DNA of 64,000 nucleotides from an uncultured Actinomycetes bacterium (GCA_963736055.1 CAVTNM010000008.1:1012599-1076598), one strand, 5' to 3'; shown: positions 45,773-54,679, numbered from the stretch's first letter. Made by a program: numbers and translations. Notes: generated by a model from the sequence alone, not told the origin.

Positions 45773-46720
45773 GTGAGCGAGCAGACGATGACGCAGGTGT
45801 CGATCGCGACAGTTCGGCCGAGGACGAGCCGCATCAGCCAGGTCGTCACGCTGATCGCGGTCATCGTCCCGCCGATCGGGATCCTCTCCGCCATGGGCAT
45901 CCTCTGGGGAGTGGCGTTCCACTGGTTCGACCTGCTGCTGCTGGCGGGCTTCTACGTCCTGTGCGCGTTCGGCACGACGATCGGCTTCCACCGCTACTTC
46001 ACGCATCGCGGCTTCACCACGCGTAGGCCGGTCGAGGCGACGCTCGCGATCCTCGGCTGCATGACGATGCAGGGCCCGCTCACCCAGTGGGTGACCGACC
46101 ACCGCAAGCACCACGCGCTGTCGGACCGCCCGGGCGATCCGCATTCACCCCACGTCGGCCACGACGACAGCGCCTGGGGGGCGGTCCGCGGCTTCGTGCA
46201 CGCACACGTCGGCTGGCTCTTCGACAACCTCGGGATGGAGCAGGGCCGGGAGTACGGCAAGGATCTGTACGAGAACCGGCTCGTTCGGACGATCGACCGC
46301 CTCTACCTGCTCTGGGTCGTGCTCACGCTCGGCCTGCCGTTCCTGTTCGGCTACGCGGTGGGCGGGACGGTCGGCACGGGCCTCGAGGCCATGGTCTGGG
46401 GCGGCCTGATCCGGATCTTCCTCTACCAGCACGCGACCTTCAGCGTGAACTCGATCTGCCACATGTTCGGCCGGCAGGACTTCCGCTCGCGGGACGAGGC
46501 GCGCAACAACTGGGTCGTCGCGCTGCTCGTCTTCGGCGAGGGCTGGCACAACAACCACCACGCCTTCCCAGCGTCGGCCCGTCACGGGCTGCAGCGATGG
46601 CAGGTCGACCTCTCCTGGTGGGTGATCCGGGGCCTCGAGAAGCTCCGGCTGGTCTGGGACGTGAAGGTGCCCGAGGCCGAGCAGCTCGCGCGGCGCAGGG
46701 TTCAGTCGGCGCCGGCCTGA
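45773..46720 (+). CDS. Acyl-CoA (stearoyl-type, Delta9-like) membrane fatty acid desaturase
   Basis: GGAGGGAG RBS before GTG 45773. Histidine boxes HRYFTH, HRKHHA and HNNHH. Confidence 0.88.
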   Translation: MSEQTMTQVSIATVRPRTSRISQVVTLIAVIVPPIGILSAMGILWGVAFHWFDLLLLAGFYVLCAFGTTIGFHRYFTHRGFTTRRPVEATLAILGCMTMQGPLTQWVTDHRKHHALSDRPGDPHSPHVGHDDSAWGAVRGFVHAHVGWLFDNLGMEQGREYGKDLYENRLVRTIDRLYLLWVVLTLGLPFLFGYAVGGTVGTGLEAMVWGGLIRIFLYQHATFSVNSICHMFGRQDFRSRDEARNNWVVALLVFGEGWHNNHHAFPASARHGLQRWQVDLSWWVIRGLEKLRLVWDVKVPEAEQLARRRVQSAPA

Positions 46721-47346
46721 AAGCGCGAGAGCTCGGCGGCGACGAGCCTCGCCCAGGTGCTCGCTCGCGGCAGCGGTCGCGCCTTCGAGCCCGAGCGGAA
46801 GGCGATCCCGTGCAGGGCACCCGGGATCAGGGTGTAGTCGCCGGGGACGCCCAGTGCCTGCGCACGCTCGAAGCCGTGGCGGGATGCCTTCGCGCTGACG
46901 CCCGGGATTCCAGGCAGCCAGCGGTCGAGCGACCCGTGCAGGACGTCGAGCCGCCGGCCGCGGAGCGTCTCGAGCGGCAGCCGGTCGGGGATCCAGGGGG
47001 CGAGTCCCAGAACGGCCTCGACCCCCGGCTCCGCCGCGGCCTGGATCGCAACCGCACCGCCCATGGAGAAGCCGATCAGGAGCGCGCGCTGCGCCGCTGT
47101 CTCCCTGATTGCCGCCCGCGCGTCCGCGACGCACCAGTCCAGGCGCTTCCAGGACTTGATCCGGTAGCGCACCTCGGCGAACCCCAGCTCGGGGAAGGCC
47201 GGCGCCAGCCGGTCGACGAGCCACTCGAGCGAGGCGCTCCAGGTCCCCTCCACCTCCGCGCCCTGGCCGCCGTTCACGCAGACGACCGCCGCGCCGCCGG
47301 TCGGGCCGGTGACGCGCAGCTCGGCGCCTGTCGAGAGTCGGTGCAC
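46702..47346 (-). CDS. Alpha/beta hydrolase (dienelactone-hydrolase-like)
   Basis: GTG 47346. GFSMGG nucleophile elbow, ...VLHGSLD..., ...GALHG. Confidence 0.7.
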   Translation of the reverse strand: MHRLSTGAELRVTGPTGGAAVVCVNGGQGAEVEGTWSASLEWLVDRLAPAFPELGFAEVRYRIKSWKRLDWCVADARAAIRETAAQRALLIGFSMGGAVAIQAAAEPGVEAVLGLAPWIPDRLPLETLRGRRLDVLHGSLDRWLPGIPGVSAKASRHGFERAQALGVPGDYTLIPGALHGIAFRSGSKARPLPRASTWARLVAAELSRFQAGAD

Positions 47347-47355
47347 GGAGCTCGT

Positions 47356-47645
47356 CTAGTGCGGCCGGTCGAGGACGGCCTTGAGGCTTGCGAGCGCGTC
47401 GTCACCCATCCGTCTCATGACGGGGGCCAGGAGCGGTCCGGCCGGGCGGTACAGCCCATTGTGGTGGAAGTCGACGATGTACGTGATTCGAACCCCGTCG
47501 CCCGCAGGTTCACCTCGATCTCCTTGTGAATCCCCACCGCCGCCGATCGTAGTCGCGCGTATCTCTCAGGCGAGAGCCCTAATCCGTGGACGACTCGGCA
47601 CACTCTCGACACATCGAGCGCTTGACAGAAAACGGTGTCTGACAC
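47356..47645 (-). pseudogene. Possible SRPBCC (polyketide-cyclase/START-like) remnant
   Basis: The last 55 codons read GDGVRITYIVDFHHNGLYRPAGPLLAPVMRRMGDDALASLKAVLDRPH (TAG 47356-47358), which is typical of an SRPBCC C-terminus. No credible N-terminal half in the same frame; the 76-aa ORF 47415..47645 is in another frame. Confidence 0.25.
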
Positions 47646-47647
47646 CG
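47633..47647. promoter_or_regulatory. Palindrome CGGTGTC-T-GACACCG in low-GC intergenic DNA
   Basis: Exact 7-bp arms. The surrounding region 47560-47800 is AT-richer than the rest of the window. Confidence 0.25.
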
Positions 47648-47710
47648 ATTTTGAGATCTCTTTGCACGAGGGGTTGTGTTCTCACGGATCGTGACCTCAA
47701 TAGGGACAAG

Positions 47711-47755
47711 GCTGCGCCCAGAAGCGGAGGGAGAGGGGGAGCTTCTGGGCGCAGC
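47711..47755. terminator. 15-bp perfect-stem hairpin with 15-nt purine loop, downstream of the sigma factor gene
   Basis: gctgcgcccagaagc-ggagggagaggggga-gcttctgggcgcagc, 53 nt after the minus-strand stop at 47808. There is a T-rich tract on the plus side (ttaagtttgcccggtttctttg). Confidence 0.6.
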
Positions 47756-47807
47756 TTAAGTTTGCCCGGTTTCTTTGTAGTCATGTCCGCCACCTGTCGG
47801 CCTCCCC

Positions 47808-48701
47808 TCAGGCAACCTCGAGATAGTCGCGGAGCTCGGGCGCAAGCGTCCGCATCTTCTCGAGCGCCCTTGCCTCGAGCTGGCGAGCCCGTTCGCCCGT
47901 CACGCCCAGCTCCTTCCCGATCTCGACGAGCGAGCGCGGGACCTGGCCCGAGAGTCCGAAGCGCAGCTCGAGCACTCGGCGGAGCCGTTCGTCGAGCGAG
48001 TTGAGCGTGGTCGCGACCGCCTCTCGCTGGAGGCGCTCGGACATGGTCGACTCGGGATGAGCCGCCTTCGTGTCCTCGAGCAGCTCGTTCTGAGCCCGTC
48101 GCCCCTCCTCCGGAGGAGACTCCAGGCTGATCGGATACTGCTCGTAGTCGAGGAGCTCCGAGACGCGGTCGACGCCGAGCCCGGTCTCGACGGCGATCTC
48201 GCTCAGCAGCGGCTCGCGATTCAGGCGCTGGACTAGAGCCTGGCGCGACCTCCGAACCGCCCGCATCTGCCTCCAGATGTGGATCGGCACCGGAACGACG
48301 CGAGCGTGACGCTCCGCGGCGTTCTCGACGGCCCAGCGGATCGACTGGGTGGCGTACGTCGAGAACCTGAAACCGAGGCGAGCGTCGAACCTCTCGACCG
48401 CTCGTGTCAGCGCCAGGTTCCCCTCCTGGATCAGGTCGAGCAGCGGTACGCCGCGATGCGCGTACGGACGGGCTATCCAGATGACGAGACGCAGGTTGGC
48501 CTCGATCAGGAGCTGCTTCGCCTGTTCGTCGCCGGCGTCCCTGCGACGGAAGAGCTCGCGCTCCTCCGCCGGCGTGAGAAGCGGCACCCGCCCGACGCCG
48601 CGTGCGTAGAGGGCGAGCGAGTCCTCTAGCTCTGCACCGTTGGCGACTGCTGTGTTGGCGGTAGTTCGATCGAGCTGTCGATCTGCACAGTCGATACTCA
48701 T
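47808..48701 (-). CDS. RNA polymerase sigma-70 family factor (group 2/3-like, regions 1.2-4)
   Basis: AAAGGAGG RBS. LYARGVGRVPLLTPAEEREL, DLIQEGNLALTRAVERFD, FSTYATQSIRWAV, and region 4 SLVEIGKELGVTGERARQLEARAL. Confidence 0.9.
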   Translation of the reverse strand: MSIDCADRQLDRTTANTAVANGAELEDSLALYARGVGRVPLLTPAEERELFRRRDAGDEQAKQLLIEANLRLVIWIARPYAHRGVPLLDLIQEGNLALTRAVERFDARLGFRFSTYATQSIRWAVENAAERHARVVPVPIHIWRQMRAVRRSRQALVQRLNREPLLSEIAVETGLGVDRVSELLDYEQYPISLESPPEEGRRAQNELLEDTKAAHPESTMSERLQREAVATTLNSLDERLRRVLELRFGLSGQVPRSLVEIGKELGVTGERARQLEARALEKMRTLAPELRDYLEVA

Positions 48702-48788
48702 TGAAAGCCTCCTTTCGCATTTGAGCTCGTCCCGCCACGGGGGTAGCCGGGGCGGTCCCGCATCAGCGGGCTGGCGGGCCGTTAGGCC

Positions 48789-49802
48789 TTAGCCAGGACG
48801 CTCGAGCGAAAGAACGACAAACAGCCCGTGCCGGCGCTGCTTGGGAGGCGTGATCAGACGTGTGCTCTGAACGAGAGCGAAACCGAGCAGGATTGCAACG
48901 AAGCCGAAGATGCCCGCGCCGTGAGAGCCTGCGGAGCTGCTGAACCCCACGAGGGCGCCGGGAGTGCCGGGACCCTGGGGCTGATGATTCGGAGCGGGCG
49001 GGATGGGCGGCGGCTGCTGCGCGCCACCCTGCCGGCTGGTGCTGCTGCTGTCACCGCCGGACCTGGAGCCCGGCTGCGTCGGCGAAGACTCGCGGATCGA
49101 CCACGGATCGACGAGAGGCGCGTGCGGAGTCGAAGGCTGCAGGCGCCATAGCCAGCGGGGCCAGGCTGCAGACACCGCCGACTCGACACTCGGTCATCCA
49201 GCGAATCGCGTGCGTGGCGCCGGTCTTGCGCGCGCGCCCGGCCGCCTTCATGGCGACGAGGGCAACTCTTTCCGGGCCGATCGGCGGCGCTGTGTACGGC
49301 GGAGACAGGTAATCGCTGTCGGGAGACGTAGACACCGGACCCGGGCCTGGAGTCGCCGGAGAGACCTGGGTCGGTGGCGCGCTATCAGACGTCTTCGTCT
49401 CGGATCCTGTCCCCGTGTTGTCCGGCGGAGTGGCGGTCCCCGTGTTGTCCGGCGTAGTGGCGGTCCCGTGTTGTCCGGCAGGAGTGGCGGTCCCGTGTTG
49501 TCCGGAGGAGTGGCGGTCCCCGTGTTGTCCGGAGGAGTGGCGGTCCCCGTGTTGTCCGGAGGAGTGGCGGTCCCGTGTTGTCCGGCGGAGTGGCGGTCCC
49601 CGTGTTGTCGGAGGAGTGGCGGTCCCCTGTTGTCGGGGAGTGGTCAGTGGTGTCCTGCGAAGTGGATTGGACGTCCTGGCGGAGTGGGCTGGCCGTCAGG
49701 CCGGTGCCACCCGCGGCCGGCTGGCGGCGGATCATCGGCCTTGGCCGTTCCGACGAACGCGGACGCGCAGACGAAGACCCCCACCAGGGCCAGAGTTCCC
49801 AT
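48789..49802 (-). pseudogene. Secreted Pro/Thr-repeat protein with C-terminal TM anchor, reading frame broken repeatedly
   Basis: ATG 49802 gives signal peptide MGTLALVGVFVCASAFVGTAKA|DDPPP. This is followed by (GTATPPDNT)n encoded by 26/27-nt units, then SPDSDYLSPPYTAPPIGP..., then PPPIPPAPNHQPQGPGTPG...AGIFGFVAILLGFALV. The pieces are spread over three frames (ORFs 49385..49735, 49051..49335 and 48789..49175). Confidence 0.5.
49415..49650 (-). repeat. Tandem 27-nt repeat, about 8.5 copies, with unit lengths 27,26,27,27,27,26,27,26
   Basis: Plus-strand unit gtgttgtccgg[ac]ggagtggcggtcc(c)c. The shorter units lack one C of a C-run or of tccgg. On the minus strand the unit encodes GTATPPDNT. 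Confidence 0.9.
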
Positions 49803-50583
49803 CAGGACCCGGGGCGCTCGGCGCCGTCGGCTACGAGGCAGCCGACTGCTCAGAACGACGACCCATCTCCCCTCAACACCGCTCTCTCCTCACGATGGCC
49901 TGTTCCTTCCGGACGGGAGTATCGCACCTCACGCCCGGGACCACCACTGCAAGCGCCGAGCCCCGAAGGGCGGCCGGTCGTCATGGCGTCGAGCTAGGCG
50001 AGGAAGGGCGCGGTTGAAGTCGGGGTGACCGAGAGCATGTGCTGTGGGCGCCATCCGACGCCGGACGGCGCCCACGCACGAAGTGGCTCCTGCCGCAGCG
50101 GAGCCATGAACAAGGACACACAAGGCTCGCCAGTGTGTCCATAGGCCGTTCGGCCTATTCTGCGCCGCCTCCGACTCATTCGCGGGCGCTGCGGTGACGG
50201 AGGACTTTCGTGAGCTCGTGGACTTCCGTCCTGGGCGCTCCGACGAAATGACTGGGTAAGAAGAAGGCCCGCCGGAGCGAGCCTTCGACCTTAGCTCCTG
50301 CAGGTCAGTTTGACCTGCCCGCTCGGAGTGACTATTCCGGCGGTGACCCTCGTGAGCACCACACCGTTCAACTCCAAACAGGGCTGGCCCGCGAAGTCCG
50401 TAACGGGCCGCGACGGAAGCGGGCTGCTCTCCTCGGGGATGACCCCGGGTGCAAGCGACGCGGATCCTCCTCAGCAAAGGGTCAGGTGCGCCCCCGGGCC
50501 GATGTTTTCCGCCCCGGCCTAGGTACGGGCTACGCGCGCCCTACCACGAAGACCCCCCGTGATCTCCAGAGTTTTACGACCGG
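49803..50583. other. About 780-nt non-coding, lower-GC, hairpin-dense region (candidate structured RNA or long 5' leader)
   Basis: No protein-like ORF; ORFs 49929..50477 and 50310..50522 have junk composition. Back-to-back perfect stems at 50044-50075 (9 bp), 50085-50105 (6 bp), 50114-50140 (8 bp) and 50141-50158 (7 bp), plus 50300-50318 (8 bp). Confidence 0.4.
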
Positions 50584-50630
50584 CCTACACGGGCAATGGT
50601 GGCCTGGCTTACACGGGCAATGGTGGCCTG
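50584..50630 (+). repeat. Tandem direct repeat, 2 x 24 nt
   Basis: cc-tacacgggcaatggtggcctg / gct-tacacgggcaatggtggcctg. Exact 21-mers at 50586-50606 and 50610-50630. Confidence 0.85.
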
Positions 50631-50680
50631 CTAGGCGGACACCCGGGGCCGGGCACAACTAGGGCCCGGGCGACCCCCTT

Positions 50681-51037
50681 CTAGTGCGAAGCCACGGCGT
50701 CGTCGTCGCCGAAGACGTACGAGAGGACAGGCGGGGTGAAGAGGAAACCGGCCTGAATCAATACGAGCACGCAGCTGATCATGAACGCCGTCTCATACGG
50801 CCCCCCGATGAGCACGAACGAGGCCGTGTAGAGGAGTGAACCGAGCATCGCGAGGGACCAGGCGATTGCCGATCGGTGCAAGAGCCGCCAGACGATGAGC
50901 GCTTGAACGACGACGGCGATGAGGAATCCGCCAGCGCTCGTGAAGTCGGGATTCCCAGGGAGCAGGACGACGAGGTCGAACAGCGCCAGCAACGCGCCGA
51001 AGGTGAGGATGAGCGGGCGAGCGGGCCAGGTCAGCAT
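50681..51037 (-). CDS. Small 4-TM membrane protein, unknown function
   Basis: 118 aa with four hydrophobic helices (LILTFGALLALFDLVVLL, FLIAVVVQALIVW, AWSLAMLGSLLYTASFVLIG, FMISCVLVLIQAGFLF). Confidence 0.55.
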   Translation of the reverse strand: MLTWPARPLILTFGALLALFDLVVLLPGNPDFTSAGGFLIAVVVQALIVWRLLHRSAIAWSLAMLGSLLYTASFVLIGGPYETAFMISCVLVLIQAGFLFTPPVLSYVFGDDDAVASH

Positions 51038-51231
51038 GCAGCGATTGTCTCACAGCCACGCCCGGGGACCGCCTTGTCGTCCCGAGTGTTGGCGCCGCCA
51101 GGGCCACAAAGTACGCGCCAGTCTGTGCGCCACAGACAGCCCTTTTGGGCACCCCTCGGGCGGATTAGCGACGCAGGCTGGGAGATGACAAACCCGCCTA
51201 CGCAATCGGGTTTTGGCTTGGCTGACGGTAG

Positions 51232-51302
51232 TGCCCCCGGCAAGAATCGAACTTGCGCACGTGGTTTAGGAAACCACTGCTCTTCCACTGAGCTACGGGG
51301 GC
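51232..51302 (-). tRNA. tRNA-Arg (anticodon CCU)
   Basis: Hand-folded cloverleaf: acceptor GCCCCCG/CGGGGGC plus discriminator A, D-arm GCTC-AGTGGAA-GAGC, anticodon arm GTGGT-TTCCTAA-ACCAC, T-arm GCAAG-TTCGATT-CTTGC. 71 nt; CCA is not encoded. Confidence 0.9.
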
Positions 51303-51324
51303 GCTACCTCAAGTCTAGAAGCGG

Positions 51325-52359
51325 TCAGGAGGGGCGGCTGCCGAGCTTCACGTCGACTGTGAGCGTCTTGCCGTCCCGGCGGATCTTCAGCGTCACGGTG
51401 TCGCCGGGCTGGTGGGAGTCGATCGCCTGGCTGACTCCGTCGGCGCTGTCGATGCTCGTTCCGTCGACCGCGATGATCACGTCGCCCGAGCGCAGGTCGG
51501 CCTGCGCGGCCGCCGTGCCGGGCCTGACGCCTGCGACGCGCGCGGCGGTCGAGGAGGAGTCGAGGGAGACGCCGAGGTACGCGTGCACGGCGTGGCCGTT
51601 CGAGATCAGCTGGTTCGCGATCGAGCGCACCGTGTCGGACGGGATCGCGAAGCCGATGCCGTCGCTGCCGCCCGAGTCGCTCCTGATCTGGGCGTTGACC
51701 CCGATCACCTGGCCACCTGAGCTCAGCAGCGGGCCGCCGGAGTTGCCGTGGTTGATCGCAGCGTCCGTCTGGATCGAGTCGATGATGCGGAAGCCTTCGT
51801 TGAGCGAGTCGATCGAGCGGTGCAGCGCGCTGACGATGCCGGAAGTCACGGTCTCCTCGAGGCCGAACGGGCTTCCGATCGCGACGACCGAGTCGCCGAC
51901 CTCGAGCTCGCGCGAGAGACCGAGAGAAAGGGGGTAGAGCTGGGAGTCCGGCGCGTCGACCTTGATCACCGCGAGATCGGTGGAGCTGTCGCTGCCGACG
52001 ACCTGGGCGTCGTAGGTCTTGCCGTTCCAGAACTTCACCGAGACGGCCTGGGCGCCGTTCACGACGTGGTCGTTCGTGACGATGTGTCCGCTCGAGTCGT
52101 AGACGAAGCCGGAGCCTTCGGCCGTCCCCGAGTCCGTGCGGACCGTGATCTCGACGACGCCGCGGTACGCGCGCCGGTAGATCGCGTTCACGGAGAGAGC
52201 GGAGGTGCTGGCAGTCGGCTCGGCGTTCTGGACGGTGACCTGTCGCACGACCGTGTCTCCGCTGGAGAGCGTCGAGTAAGCGACTGCCCCGCCGCCGGCA
52301 CCGATGCAGGCTGCTGCTACGAGGGAGATGAGAAGCGGGGTGCTTGGACGGCGGGGCAT
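51325..52359 (-). CDS. HtrA/DegP-family (S1C) serine protease with PDZ domain, membrane-anchored
   Basis: ATG 52359. TM segment PLLISLVAAACIGAGGGAV. Catalytic motifs TNDHVV, DLAVIK and GNSGGPL. C-terminal PDZ domain (GVRPGTAAAQADLRSGDVIIAVDG). Confidence 0.88.
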   Translation of the reverse strand: MPRRPSTPLLISLVAAACIGAGGGAVAYSTLSSGDTVVRQVTVQNAEPTASTSALSVNAIYRRAYRGVVEITVRTDSGTAEGSGFVYDSSGHIVTNDHVVNGAQAVSVKFWNGKTYDAQVVGSDSSTDLAVIKVDAPDSQLYPLSLGLSRELEVGDSVVAIGSPFGLEETVTSGIVSALHRSIDSLNEGFRIIDSIQTDAAINHGNSGGPLLSSGGQVIGVNAQIRSDSGGSDGIGFAIPSDTVRSIANQLISNGHAVHAYLGVSLDSSSTAARVAGVRPGTAAAQADLRSGDVIIAVDGTSIDSADGVSQAIDSHQPGDTVTLKIRRDGKTLTVDVKLGSRPS

Positions 52360-52421
52360 GGGAGAGGGGTTCCTTTCAGTCGCTTTCGGTTGGGAATAGC
52401 CTCTATGAGAGCAATCGGTTC

Positions 52422-52449
52422 TAAGACCGTGCTGAGACAAGGATAAGAA
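52422..52449 (-). promoter_or_regulatory. Three 11-bp-phased direct repeats TTCTTA-N5-GTCTCA-N5-GTCTTA upstream of the protease gene
   Basis: Minus-strand hexamers start at 52449, 52438 and 52427. The last box ends 63 nt before ATG 52359. Confidence 0.45.
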
Positions 52450-52620
52450 CTTCGTGAAAAAAAGACCCCGCTGACTGCGGGCTGGTCGTCGCAGGCAGCG
52501 GGGTCGAATCGCACAAGGGTGGGGATCCCTTATTCGATGACGGGTCCATCAGAACAGTCCCGCCTAAGAGCCATGTGAAGGTTTCCTAAGAAGACTCTAA
52601 GAGGCCGCTCGCGGCCTTGA

Positions 52621-52637
52621 ATCTCAGGAAGTTCTCA
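52621..52637 (+). promoter_or_regulatory. Two 11-bp-phased direct repeats ATCTCA-N5-TTCTCA upstream of the response regulator gene
   Basis: Hexamers at 52621 and 52632. A CACAAT -10-like element at 52649-52654 lies 6 nt (52655-52660) before GTG 52661, suggesting a leaderless transcript. Confidence 0.45.
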
Positions 52638-52660
52638 CGCTGAACACGCACAATGCGCAC

Positions 52661-53341
52661 GTGAAGATCCTGGTCGTCGACGACGAGCGCGCAGTACGAG
52701 AGTCGCTGCGGCGGGCCCTCGAGCTGGAGGGCTACCAGATCGACCTGGCCGAGGACGGCAGCCAGGCGCTCGAGCGCCTCGAGGCCGAGGCGCAGCCGGA
52801 CGCGGTCATCCTCGACGTGCTCATGCCCGGCATGGATGGGCTGGAGGTCTGCCGCACGCTCCGCCGCCAGGGCAGCCGGCTGCCGGTGTTGATGCTGACC
52901 GCGCGCACCCAGGTCGAGGACCGGGTCGAAGGGCTCGACGCCGGCGCGGACGACTACCTGACGAAGCCTTTTGCGCTCGAAGAGCTGTTCGCCCGCGTAC
53001 GTGCTCTCCTGCGCCGCTCCGGTGACGACGACTCCGACGGCGAGATCCTTCGCTTCGCCGACCTCGAGCTGGACCCGGGCACCCGCGAGGTTCGGCGCGA
53101 CGGCGAGCGGATCGAGCTGACGCGCACCGAGTTCTCGCTCCTGGAGCTCTTCCTCCTCAACCCGCGCCAGGTCCTGACGCGGTCGGTCATCTTCGAGCGC
53201 GTCTGGGGGTACGACTTCGGCTTCGCCTCGAACTCCCTCGACGTCTACATCGGCTACCTGCGGCGCAAGACCGAGGCCGGCGGCAAGCCGCGGCTGATCC
53301 ACACGGTCCGCGGCGTCGGGTACGCGCTGCGCGAGGAATGA
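52661..53341 (+). CDS. OmpR/PhoB-family response regulator (MprA/MtrA-like)
   Basis: MKILVVDDE...[14 protein letters not shown]...MLTAR...[10 protein letters not shown], plus a winged-helix domain [13 protein letters not shown]...VRGVGYAL. Confidence 0.92.
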   Translation: MKILVVDDERAVRESLRRALELEGYQIDLAEDGSQALERLEAEAQPDAVILDVLMPGMDGLEVCRTLRRQGSRLPVLMLTARTQVEDRVEGLDAGADDYLTKPFALEELFARVRALLRRSGDDDSDGEILRFADLELDPGTREVRRDGERIELTRTEFSLLELFLLNPRQVLTRSVIFERVWGYDFGFASNSLDVYIGYLRRKTEAGGKPRLIHTVRGVGYALREE

Positions 53342-54679
53342 GCTTCCGGACCCGTCTGGCCCTGGTGTCCGCGGCGGCGGTCGGCCTTGCCGTGGTGATC
53401 GCGTCGGTCGCCGTGTTTCTCGTCGTCCGGGGGCAGCTGTTCGGGCAGGTCGACCGGGCGCTCGATAGCCGGGCGGTGGCGATCTCAGAGGAGCCGGGCG
53501 GCCTCCATCTCAACGGCGAGGGGTATCTCGACATCCCGCCTGCGCCGTTCGGCACCGAGCGCGACTTCGTCCAGGCCGTTCCGCGACAGGGGCCTGTGAT
53601 CATCCAGGAGGGATACACGCGGTCGCTCCCGGTGGACGCGCGGGATCGCCAGGCCGCGGCCGGCGAAGGCGGCATCCGGTACAGCAACAAGCGCGTCGGA
53701 GACGTCGACTGGCGCGTGCTCACCATCTCCGCGAGGCCATACGCGCTGCAGGTCGCGCGGCCGCTGACGGAGGTGAACCGCACGCTGCACCGGATCACGC
53801 TCTTCCTGGTCCTGATCGCGATCGCCGGCATCGCGGTGGCGGCTCTCGCTCGGTCTCGTCGTCGCGCGGGCGGCGCTCGCGCCTGTGAAGCGCCTGACCC
53901 AGACGACCGAGTCGGTGACCGAGACGGGAGACCTTTCCGAGCGGATCGAGGTGACCAGCGAGGACGAGCTCGGCCGGCTCGCGACCAGCTTCAACACCAT
54001 GCTCGCCGCGCTCGAGGACTCGAGCCGCGCACAGCGGCAGCTCGTGGCCGACGCCTCGCACGAGCTGCGCACGCCGCTGACCAGCCTGCGGACGAACATC
54101 GAGGTCCTCGCGCGCGGGAACGAGCTGTCGCAGGTCGACCGCGAGCAGCTGCTCGACGACGTGGTCGAGCAGATCGGCGAGATGACCGCGCTGATCGGCG
54201 AGTTGATGGAGCTCGCCCGCGGCCAGCGGCAGGAGGAGCGGCCCGAGGACGTGCGGCTCGACCTGATCGCCGCCGACGCTGTCGAGCGCGCCCGGCGGAA
54301 CCTGCCCAACGTCGCCTTCTCCACCGATTTCGAGGAATCGCTCGTCCACGGCGCGCCTTCGACGATCGAGCGCGCCGTCGCGAACCTGCTCGACAACGCC
54401 GCGAAGTGGAGCCCGCCCGGCGGCGAGGTCGAGGTCGGCGTGCGCGACGGCGAGGTCTCGGTGCGCGACCACGGCCCCGGGATCGAGGAGGAGGACCTGC
54501 CGTACATCTTCGACCGCTTCTACCGAGCCCGCTCTGCCCGCGGCCAGCCGGGATCCGGGTTGGGCCTGGCGATCGTGAAGCAGGTGGCGGACACGCACGG
54601 CGGCCAGGTGGTCGTCGAGCGCGCCGAGGGCGGGGGCACGCGCATGCGGCTCCGCCTCAACGGCAGCAACGGCTCTTAG
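53338..54679 (+). pseudogene. Sensor histidine kinase (HAMP-HisKA-HATPase), 1-nt frameshift in TM2/HAMP
   Basis: ATGA overlap with the regulator. The N-part ends ...LVLIAIAGIAVAAL. The +1 frame continues LGLVVARAALAPVKRLTQ...ADASHELRTPLT...DNAAKWSP...GSGLGLAIV (ORF 53885..54679). Junction at about 53845-53853. The span is 1342 nt, which is 3n+1. Confidence 0.85.

Noticed and set aside
49050-49210. Rpf (resuscitation-promoting factor) transglycosylase domain in the broken secreted-protein gene, which would fit a ydaO-type riboswitch upstream
   Set aside because: ECESGG and GYGGLQ can be read only by hopping between frames with about four indels in 60 nt. That is far above the indel density elsewhere. 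The W..L..C spacing and the downstream ..STW..YGG motifs are not recovered. This is too much free fitting.
49415-49650. CRISPR array (regular repeats of about 27 nt); the same question applies to 20189-20314
   Set aside because: The repeat units are directly contiguous with no unique spacers. They lie inside protein-coding frames (GTATPPDNT and SP[IT]GNNSSV). No cas genes or leader are present.
50020-50560. RNase P RNA or tmRNA in the hairpin-rich non-coding region
   Set aside because: Minus-strand fragments resemble RNase P elements (GAAAGUCC, GGAGCUAAGGUC, GUUGAACGGUG). However, they occur in the wrong order and spacing. No ACAGAA.CCGGCUUA-type P4 3' strand pairs with them. No tRNA-like GGUUCGAUUCC...CCACCA end or alanine-rich tag ORF for tmRNA was found. 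It is kept only as an unclassified structured-RNA candidate.
51232-51302. tRNA-Arg as the insertion site of a genomic island or prophage
   Set aside because: I saw no integrase, excisionase or phage genes on either side. No direct repeat of the tRNA 3' end was seen in the window. Flanking genes are ordinary housekeeping or envelope genes.
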